64,000 nt of DNA from Octopus bimaculoides (Eukaryota). Below, piece after piece: positions 13,401 to 24,400 of this stretch. Within the stretch, counting starts at the first letter, position 1; each line of letters opens with the position of its first letter. Under the pieces are notes generated by a model. The model did not search any database. It was not told the DNA's origin and worked only from the letters and a program-made list of their open reading frames with translations. Location: positions 15,696,920 to 15,760,919 of the forward strand of contig NC_068987.1 in assembly GCF_001194135.2 (NCBI RefSeq). The letters are read 5' to 3'. The translations under genes were made by a program, and so were the position numbers.

Positions 13401-16400
13401 ATGTAGTTTGAACACTTAATTAGGTTATAATCATTATTATATTATTACATTGGTTGGAAAGGCGATGAGCTGGCAGAATCATTAGCACGCCAGGTAAATT
13501 GCTTAAAAACATTTCATCCCTTTTTATGTTCTGAGTTCAAATTCCGCCGAGGTCGACTTTGCCTTTCATCCTTTCAGAGTTGATTAAATAAGTACCAGTT
13601 ACATACTGAGGTTGATGTAATTGACTCCCCTCTGCCAAACTCTAGGCCTGGTGCCTATAGTAGAAAGGATTATTATATTGGTTGGAGCTGCAGAACTGGC
13701 AAATGCCTCTTTATAGAGTTGTCCAATTTAGAATACTCATCTACACAGCTATTATATTTTAGATGCCAGCTAGTATCTTCATCAGCATGGCAAAAGTGTC
13801 TGCAGTGCTAACTGTAATTGCTTTAAGCTGAGAGATGAACCATTCAGAAAGAATCAGAACAAATGCTTGGAACTTTTTGAGGGGAGAAAATATGAAGTTG
13901 GGAAATTTTAAGTCTTTCTCAAATGTTGTGTGTTTATAAACAGTTACTACATAAGAAATGTGAGGTTTGTTTATGCTGTATATATAAGGCTGAATGTTTA
14001 TACAGAAAAAATAAGAATTGGTTTTTAATTGTGGAACTCAAAGTAGATAAAGTTATAAATAATAATATATAGATATTGACAGTTCTATATTTAAGAGATG
14101 AGGAATTATGTACATTATTTACATTTGACGGCTATGCCCACGGGCATATGGTGTAGTGGTTAAGAGCTTGAGCTACTAACCTCAAGATTCTGAGTTCAAT
14201 TCCAGGCAGTGACCTGAATAATGATAATAATAATAACATCGAAAAATACCCTAGGAATGAGAGACCAGGTCGGAAATTTCCCTCAAGACACCTGATGAAG
14301 GCTGAAGGGTATATCAACTGAAACGTTGTGTAACAACAAACAAGATGAGGACAAATATCCGTCAAATGTACATAATGTAAATAATGTATAGATATTGAGT
14401 TTAAAAAACCCATTTCATGAAGCAAAGTCAAAGGCTGACCATGGGACCCAAACCCACATCTTCCGTAAACACAAGGGTAACTTTTGACTTTTTCCATCCA
14501 TGGCATTTTTTGACCCTTTAGTGAGGAATCGAACATGAATCCAGTTTTCTTGTTTGTGTTGTGTTAAGCTGCATGTACGTTGGTGTGACAAATAACATTC
14601 AGTCAAAGTTTAGATAACAAGTTTTTATATAACTGCTTTTACGAAAGGGGTATAGGAAAGTGGGTTATACATCTTTTAGATGTATACCTGACTTTCCTAC
14701 ATAAAATTAGAAATATAACGGAATGCTGAACTCCAGACTATCAACTTAAACAACATTTATTCAGGTGGTAAATATATAAATCTTTAGCTCTTGTTTGTTG
14801 TTACAGCTTCTGTGTGTGTGAGCTTGGTTGTTAGGACGTTGGTATGTAGATGTAAGCGAGCTGTCGAGCGTAAGTCTGAAAGATGGAGAGAGACAGCTAA
14901 ACACGTCCATGCTCTATCGCTGGCCAGCAAGAAAGAGACAGAATGAAGCGGGAAAGCTTGCTTGTTGAATTCCACGCATGCGTGAGACTACGCATGCGCA
15001 CGGCGTTACTACAGGTGCATGTGAAATAGTAAAAGATGTACAAACGTGGTTGTTTCATGGCTAGTGAAAATTAGTTGGTCAGTAGTTGGCTGGACGATAA
15101 ACCAGTTGGCATTAATGGTTAAAAGTTCGTCTTATGTGATTTGTGGGTACTACTAAAGCAGCGCGGACCCGAACGCGCAGTCGCGCGTCCGCGCTAGCTA
15201 GACGTGAGTGGTCGATCCTAACCCTAACCCTATTCCTAACCCTAACCCTATTCCTAACCCTAACCCTAACCCTATTCCTAACCCTATTCCTAACCCTAAC
15301 CCCAAACACGTATTCATTTGCACACGCGGGTTAGGGATAGGATCGACCACTCAAGACTAGCTAGTGCGGACGCGCGACTGCGCGTTCGGGTCCGCGCTGC
15401 TTTAGTAGTACCTGATTTGTGCTGGAACATAAGAGAATAAGGAATGTGCCAGCTACATAATGAGGTAGCTGTAATGGCTAAGAAAAAAACAAGCCAACCA
15501 CTCCAAGAGCCAGGAGTCATGAGCTCAGTCCAATTGTGAATCGTGCCGAATAAGATAAAAGAGACGAAATGTCCATCTAGAGTTTATATACCTTTCCACC
15601 GGAAATGCTATGGCGCAAAGACTGCTGGGAGTACAGTACCCTCAAAGCGCCAACTTCCGACAACAGAGGAAGGGGATGTAACTCTGCTCTGTTCCTTTTA
15701 TTATTATTTAGCCATGACAACGCTTGCCACAACCCCATATGCTATTTGTAGCCTTATCTACTTTGAGCCTCACTATTAAAAATGACTTATTTCATGTCTC
15801 TCAAAATTTCTAAATTGCAATGACATAAATGAGAATTTGTGCTTATACAGGGTATACATGAGGCTCAAGTAGAGGCGCAATGACCTCGCGGTCATAGGAT
15901 CGCAGTTTCGATTCCCAGACCAGGCGTTGTGAGTGTTTATTGAGCGAAAACGCCTAAAGCTCCACGAGGCTCCGGCAGGGGATGGTGGCGAACCCTGCTG
16001 TACTCTTTCACCACAACTTTCTCTCACTCTTCCTTCCTGTTTCTGTTGTGCCTGTAATTCAAAGGGGCCAGCTTTGTCACACTGTGTCACGCTGAATATC
16101 CCCGAGAACTACGTTAAGGGTACACGTATCTGTGGAGTGCTCAGCCACTTGCACGTTAATTTCACAAGCAGGCTGTTCCGTTGATCGGATCAACTGGAAC
16201 CCTCGACGTCGTAAGCGACGGAGTGCCAACAACATGAGGCTCAAAGTTTATACAGGAAATATAAGCAGTAATATTTATACAAAGACCATAGATCTTGGTG
16301 TTTATACAGGGAAATTGAGACTTAATGTTTATATAGGAAATATGATTGGTGTTTAGTGCTTAACAGGAAATATAAGGCTCATATGAGGGAACACGAGGCT

Positions 16401-18383
16401 AGATTCTCATATGGGAAATTTGAAGCCTGATGTTTATACAGGAAATATAAGGCTCAATGTTTATACAGGAAACTAAACTATTAAAAACTTGTATTTATTA
16501 GTATTTATTAACATTTTACTAATCTCTGAAATACTTAGTCTTTACTAATCTGATAAATACTCAATCCAGTCATTGATCTTTTCCTTTTCTCCTTTAATTT
16601 TCATTAACCTCCTTCATGACAGACATTTTGGTGATGTAATTTGCTATACAAGGGAGCTTCTATTTGATCATTCACCCATAAGCTTGGGGGGGGGGATGCA
16701 AGCACGACCCCCCAAGCTTATGGGTGAATGATCAAATAGAAGCTCCCTTGTATAGGTGAGGGGGCAATGAAAACAATTTCAACATCTTGGGTTGGACCTG
16801 TGTTTGCACCCACTAAGCAAATTTCATTCCCATACTGATGCCTTCACCTGCTGGAAAAAGCAGCCAAATTCCTCTCAACTTACACTCTACTGTCTTAATT
16901 GAAGAAAGAATGCATTAGCTAGATGGGATGGTCATAAATGGAATGCCCTTGATCTTAAGCCTGCTTGATCAAGGTTGATTTGGAGCAACAGCAACAATCA
17001 CAGTAGCAACTCCAAACATATATGCTCATACACATACATACATCATAAACACACTTACACACATTGTAGATCATAAACATGCACACACGCACACACACAA
17101 ATTATTTTTGAAATATCTTAAGCATTGCATCAATATTTAGACAAAACAATTCTGTCTGTAAAACACATCCGTCCAGCTCTTATGCAAAATGCTTCATGTG
17201 TGATATTTACCACAATCTGTCCTTAAAGAGCTGTCACTGTTATCTCCCTAATATTTTTTGCTTTCTTCATCACTTTATTTTGTAGTTGAAGTCTTTGAAC
17301 ATATTGTTTTGGCTTGTTCCTGCTAATTCTTAATTGATTACTAACCACTTGATATTAACAAAATCATATAATCATGTTGACAATACTATGTTGCAGTCCT
17401 GTGGGCTTACACTGCAATGTATTAATGCTAAACAGTGTTAAGCAGTGCTTCAGTGTGTAGTGCAGATAACAGGGATGCATTGCAGTGGAGGTGCATGGCT
17501 TGTTGGTTAGGGTGTTAGACTTATGATTCTAAGATTTTGGCTTCAGTTCCTGGACTGGGTGATGCATTGTGTTCTTGAACAAAAAACTTCCTTTCACATT
17601 GCTCCAGCCCACTCAGCTGGCAAAATAAGTAGTCCTGTCACAGTATAAGGCAAATGTTTTGTTAGTGCACAGTACAAACACTGCAAGGATACTCTCAAGG
17701 TTTCCTTAAATCCAGAATCATAGCACAGCATGACTGCTGAAAAATCTACCTGGCTCTGTCTTATAAGACATAGTGACATAGTCGTGGGAATAGACCAGGA
17801 ACAGATGGGCTGAGTGAGTCCAGAGTTGCTAGTGCATTGACAAGGAAAGGGGATTGTTAGTCACTTCTGAATATATCATTGAGTGATATTTTGGTCATCA
17901 TTCATGTAGATGAATGAATAAGGATGTGTATGTATGTAGAGGAATATTGAAAACTTTCTTTTATCATTTGTTATGCACAAGCCTTAAAAAGTGTTTATTA
18001 TTATTATTCCTTTGTAACACAGTGTAGGTAAAAATGCACCGGAGTATTTAGTCATCTGTCAAGTCACAACAGGGACCTCAGACAGATAATACTTCCCTTA
18101 AGATGTGTGCTGTGCCCAATAAGGCTGCTTTTTGCAAGACATCAATCTTGCGTGGGATTTCCAGTTGCCTTAACAAGTCTTGAAGTTTCAATGGCATTGA
18201 GCCCAATACTCCGATCACCACTGGTGTCACTTTTACATTACCCTCTTGCATTCCATACAGTCTTGCCATTTCCACTTTCAATTCGGAGTACTTGGTGGTA
18301 TTTTCAACCTCTTTACTCACAACATTCATATAATTTGGTATAGTTACATCAATGATCTGACAGTATTTGTCTCTCTTACTCAA

Positions 18384-18434
<51 letters not shown>

Positions 18435-21400
18435 TACTAAGGCGGTGAGCTGGCAGAATCGTTAGCACGCTGGGCGAAATGCTTAGTGCTATTTCGTCTG
18501 TCGCTATGTTCTGAGTTCAAATTCCACTGAGGTCAACTTTGCCTTTCAGCCTTTCGGGGTCGATAATTTAAGTACCAGTGAAACACTGGGATCAATGTAA
18601 TTGACTTGTCCCCTCCCCACAAATTTCAGGCCTTGTGCCTATAGTAGAAAGGGTTATTATCACATTACTATGACACTTCAGTGTTGTGCATGATACTAAA
18701 ACTATGATGTATTTTGATGAATTTATTGATATGCCTTGCATTTTCAACCACTTCCATTTCACTTATTTATGTTTTTTTACATTTTTTCTTTGTTTCTTTC
18801 TTTTCTTTATCATCTTCCATCCTGCTTTGCTCCTGGGCATTACATTTATTCATCTGCCGATTCTTCCCCCAAATGACATGCTTGTGATTGCTGTCCTCAT
18901 CAAATACAACTAAACAAACGTTTAACAAAAATTACAATGAAGAACGTACTGCCCCTGAAGACACTCATGACAGAATACGGCTTTCATTCACGGCCAAGGA
19001 CAAACACGAAGAGAAAGTATTTGCACGACTCAGTCGCTCTTATAAGGTTACTACTTAATCTTAATCCTGTTGTATTTAAATCTTAACCTTTTTTATTACT
19101 ATATCTCTGTTGAAATACAATGTCTTTGTTTCATTTAATTTGGTAATAATGAGGAATTCTGTAAATGATTTTGTCAGTATTAAACCAGTGTTTGGAACAA
19201 ATTAATCTGAAATTTTGATGGAAGGTTTTAATTTAGATAATTTTTAAATGGGAAATTTGTATCATTGTCTCAGGCGGGTTGGTATCAAAAAGGTTAGTCT
19301 TTATTTTCAATCTCGTTTTTTTCACAAGCAATCAAAATCAGAAAATTAATTAGTTTACAGATTTGTATTAATTAATGTTTTCTAGTATAGTTTTGGTAAA
19401 TTCTATGATTCTATGTTGTCAAACTTTTCACAGCTTGAAAGGCAAGATAGCAAGATTGCATGATAAGTTGTTTTTATATCAGCAATACAGAGGAAAATTC
19501 TAACAAATACCAAATGATGACTTTGTGTTGAATGCTTCCCTTGAAAATAATAATTTTAGCCCTTTAACTGCAAATTTAAAATTTATGGTTATTCCTGTAA
19601 TGATGTTAAATATCTACCAAAAATTAGAATTGGTATTTCTTGCAAGTTACACTGCTTCAACAAACTTAATTTTGTGTCAACGAAAAATAATTTCAAACAT
19701 GACATTCCTCGTCAAAAGATAGATTTGTATAAAAATTGCTTTCCACAGTTAAAGTTAACAAAATTTTGAGTGGATATCTCTGATTTCTGCAGTAAAAGAG
19801 TTAAAATAATTTTTAAAGAAAATATCTAAGTATTTTATTTTATTGTTCTATTCTGTCTCATTTGAATAACAAACAGTCTAACAGGCAGCCTTCCACAAAG
19901 TTTCTGTCCATAAAATTTCATTCACATGCCTTGGGTTGATCTGAAGTATTATTTGTCCAAGAGGCAGTGCAGCAGATTTGAACCTAAAACTTTGTGACTG
20001 AGAAGTGAACTTCTTAACCATTTGATCATGTTGTGCATTATTGCATATAAACACTAATAATGCTAAATTGCTAGCATTTTAGTTATATATGCATTATAAT
20101 TATATTTATATTATTATTATTACCTATACAGAATTTTTTCCCTGCAGGCCACTTGATATGATCATTATTCTAAATAATGGTTTTATCCTTTATAAATATA
20201 TATATATATATTAGATGAGGTGCCCCTGGGCAGAGCCAGTGGTTGGAACCAGTTACTCCTATCCATTCCCATCATGTGTTTGTAAACAAGTATGTATATA
20301 TGATATAAGATATTTGTTTTTACATCAAACATCGTCCCTGCCCTTAAATCAGCTGAAAAAGACCAGTATTTATTTTCTCAAGCATATTGATGATTTAGGC
20401 ATTTTAGGGTTAATTAATACTATTTGTTCCATGTCACACTTTTCATCATGTTAACCCTGTCTTGAATGACTTTATTCTTTAATGGTCAAGGACTAGTAAA
20501 ACAATGATGTACAATATATCAGATAATCTTCTCTCTCCTCTCCCTTCTCCCTCCTATTGAAGTACCCATGACACCTATTTCTGTCCCTTTATCATACTCT
20601 AGCCTCTCATCATTTGGTACAAAGCCACCTCCCTCAATTCTACTCACCCCTCAGTTGAGTGGCCTTGTCTTGTTTTGTAAGTTATTTAGTGACCTCACTG
20701 CTGCAGGTGCCACATAAGAAAGCACTTAGTATATTCCTAAAGTGGTTGGCATTAAGAAGGACATCCAGCTGCAGAAACCATGCCAAAGCAAACAGCAGAG
20801 CTTCATGCATTCATGCAATCTTCCGACTTGCCAACTCCTTTCAAACCATTTGATGGTGCAGCTCTCAGGGTCATTGAGGCATACAAGCCGCCACACCACA
20901 TCAAGAATTCGACCTTGTGTTAGAAGATGGTGTTTAGAACATAATTTAACATGGAATTTTGTTGCAAAGTTTTAAATCACTTTGAAATAGGAAGTTTGCA
21001 TCATAGGACCAAAGCCAATCTTGGGTGGGTTACTATCAAAGGGTTTAAAAGATTATCAGACACAGTTGTTCTCTTTTGGTATTTTCTACCTCTCATAGGC
21101 CAGTAACATATTTAGTTCCAACTTCTATCTAGCCCAAGATAATTTATTGGAAGAGGTTACCAAATTAACATTTAATGTCACTTTATCACTGAAGACCAGA
21201 TTAATTTTGTCGATGTTAAATCAGGAATAATTAAGAAATGATAATTAGGAAATTGTTGCATGAATATGAATTCAAGGTAAGGTTTATGAGTGTGAAGTTG
21301 TTCTTGATACTTATTTCTAATAAATTACCTCTTTTTTTTTTTTTCATTTCTAAGCATTTGTAATTTAGAGAAAATGAAAATATTTTCCTTATAACTTTGT

Positions 21401-24400
21401 AAATGCTGCAAATATTTTTTAAAATGTGTATATCATAATTCTATCTTCAATTTTCTTTACTCTCTAACTTCCATATTAACTATGTTACTGTTTGTTTCTT
21501 TATACTCTTTTACTGGTTCCACCCACTGGGTTCTGATCGTAGTGAGGCACCTCATCTAAATATTAAATGTATTGTTGACTTTTAGTTGCAGATTTATATT
21601 TATTATGTTTCTGTTGATATTGTTGTTCATTTGAATTTCAAATTTAATCCTTGAGAATCATCAGGTTGATTTGTCAACAGCTTACTATTTTTTTATGGCG
21701 AGAAAGATGAGCTGATTACTTCAAGAATATTTATGATCTTTCTATGTCTATTGAGGTTTGGGCATTTTATTTTACAGGATGTTAAATAATAATAGCCTTT
21801 TTATATTATTTTGCATATCATAAAAATTGTTTGTTTTCTTCAGTGTAGAAATGTCTCAGAGCTTTATTTCCAAAGAGCTAAAACCAACTGCAAACCAATT
21901 TCTAATGAAGTGAAAATTTATGGAGACTTAAAAAAATATTTGTTATGTGTATCAGAACCCAATATGTTTTCTAAGTTTAATCTCTCTCTCTGTCTCTCAA
22001 ACAAATATATATACATTTGTTTTTGTGTGTTCCTTTAATATATCTCTTTTTGTATATTTTACTTATTTATTTGGTTTTTTTAATTTTTTTTATTTAGCTT
22101 ATCTGTGGAGTCAACATTTTTGAAGTTCATTCTTCATCCTTTAGTCTATTTTCAAAGATAAATCCACTAATATAGTTTTGTAATTTTGAAGTCAATTCAC
22201 TGAGATTAACTTTCTGTTAGGTTGAGCAGAGCCAATGGCCAGTCCAAAGTTTCAATTATTAATCTTATACAGAAACAATTTTATCTATCAAAACAGAAAG
22301 AGAAAAAATTTCTAATGAGAAACATTTTCTTTGACCAAAAATGAAAAGAAAAGGCTTTTTAGACTTAAAAGTTCTTGGACCCAGAAAGTCCTTGAGGATA
22401 TTCTATGAATCTATCATGAGGTTTTTGAATCACTTACATTTTAAAAGGTTGTTTAAATGCTTAAAGAAAATGAAAGATGATAGGTAGTGAGTATGATAAC
22501 TATATAACAAACAGATGCACAAGTCAAGGTTTCATGACTGTTATCTTGCAGCCCACTTAATACTTTCTTAAAATGGGTTTATTTAAACAAACATTTTAAA
22601 ATTTTTATCAAGAATTAAAGATTGTAATGAAAAGTGAAAAAGAAAAGGAATTACTGTTTTTGCAATAATATTCCATATTGAATCAACAATCATTCATTCA
22701 TTATTGTAATAATAGCATAAGAAAATAAAATGCTTTCAATTCTGTCAGTATACAAGTGGCCCTTAAAAAACTTTCTGTGATTAAAGTAGCCTGCAATGTA
22801 ATTCAAGTTGGCCAGGCCTGTCCTAGACCATTCAATTGTGATAGCTTTATTTAGTGGAACTCTCTTAAACAAGCATAAATGACCTGCATTTTTGTTGATA
22901 ACTCAGAACATGACCCAGCTTAATATACACTTATCTACTACAAACAGAACTGAACTAACTTTTATCTCAAATATAGAAAGCTAAATCAAAATAGTAATGG
23001 ATACCATACGTTGCTTGTGTAAGCTAGACTTACACATTTAACTGGTTTGGTTTACTCAAGAAATTATAGTAATTTAACGCATACACAAGTAGTAAATGTA
23101 ACTCTCTGCTGTTATTACAGTGTACTCTTGTATAAAGTGGTTGATGTAAGTTCTAAAATAAGCCTTTATTTCCGTCCGTCCTGAGAGGGTTGTGGGTAAG
23201 AAGTAGAGCCTTTGGTCACCACTTATATAAAGCCCTATCAGAAGCAACTGTCTGCACTCTCTGGATGGACTCTCAAGTGTGACCAACTGAGATTATGGAT
23301 ATTATCCAACCATCTTGTTTTCAGTCTACACCTAGGTTTCTTGTCTATTGGCTTGGTTTGAAGAATCCATCTTGTGATTCTTCACTATGACATTCTAATC
23401 ATATGTCCATAATACAAGATTTATGACCTCCCAATGCAGAGAAATAGCAGACTGACATGGAGAGGCTCCATGATTTCCAAGCTATGTACCCTGTTGAATA
23501 ACATTACTAATTTTCAAGTTATATTTTAATAGTACTTCAAATTTCAGGAAAATCTCTTCAAAATTTTATTACACCTTTAATGGTTTCAACTTCTGGTCTG
23601 TGGCCATGCTGGGGCATCATCATAAACGAAACAACTTTGGGTTTACTACTCTAAATTGACACCTTAGCTCTGACCACACTTCACCAGTAGTTACAGCACA
23701 CTTTTTGAACTGTTTCTATCTTTAAAAGCACTCAATTTCTAAGCTTTTATTTTATTTACAGCTGGTCATGAAATATGACCCAATTTTACTTTTTTTTATT
23801 TTATATTTTCATTTCTTTGTTGTCTCTCCTTTTGCTATAAAGACAAACACAATGATGAAAGTATTGGGCGAGAAATTGTTCAGATTGGAAGGCGCCGTGA
23901 ATCTGTATTTATTCAGGTATTTCTCTAGTTAATCAAAGCATTGTGTTCTGGTTTGAAGACGCTCTGTTCAAAGAATTTTACATACTGAGACTGTGGTCGA
24001 ATGGAAGGAAAAAGATTTTGCCTTGTATTTATATTTAGAAGGAATCCTATTTTGAATATGTCTAAAAAAAAAGATACAATATTTCTAATAATTTATTTAT
24101 AATCAGAAATAATTGCATGAAATTTTGGTTATCCTGACATAAAATTGAATTTTATTAGTTATAGAATAACTATAGTGTTATAGAATAAAATTAATGGAAA
24201 TGAGCCAACAATGGAAATTTGAAATTCTTTGGGCATATCAAGAGTTATAGTTCCATTATTAGGCCTTAGTAGAAACAAAAATGGAGGAGGAGAAAACCAG
24301 AAAAACAGTATAGTATACAGTATTCTAGATCCTTTACAGTCAATCAGTTTTGCACTGGATATTAGGTAACTGGTCAGTTATGTATTAACTGTGTGCCCAT

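Noticed and set aside
14135-14215. tRNA gene (also heads at ~12650, 15869, 31295)
   Set aside because: A/B boxes are present but there is no complete cloverleaf, and each runs into a repeat body; these are SINE heads
15210-15305. (CCCTAA)n as a true telomere or chromosome fusion scar
   Set aside because: Short, mixed with variant units, and enclosed by TIRs and a TSD inside an intron
21811-22038. Strong-looking acceptor (ttcttcag, ~21843) with an ORF, as another PHKA exon
   Set aside because: The required incoming phase 1 hits a TAG immediately; no PHKA similarity. The acceptor at ~13057 fails similarly.
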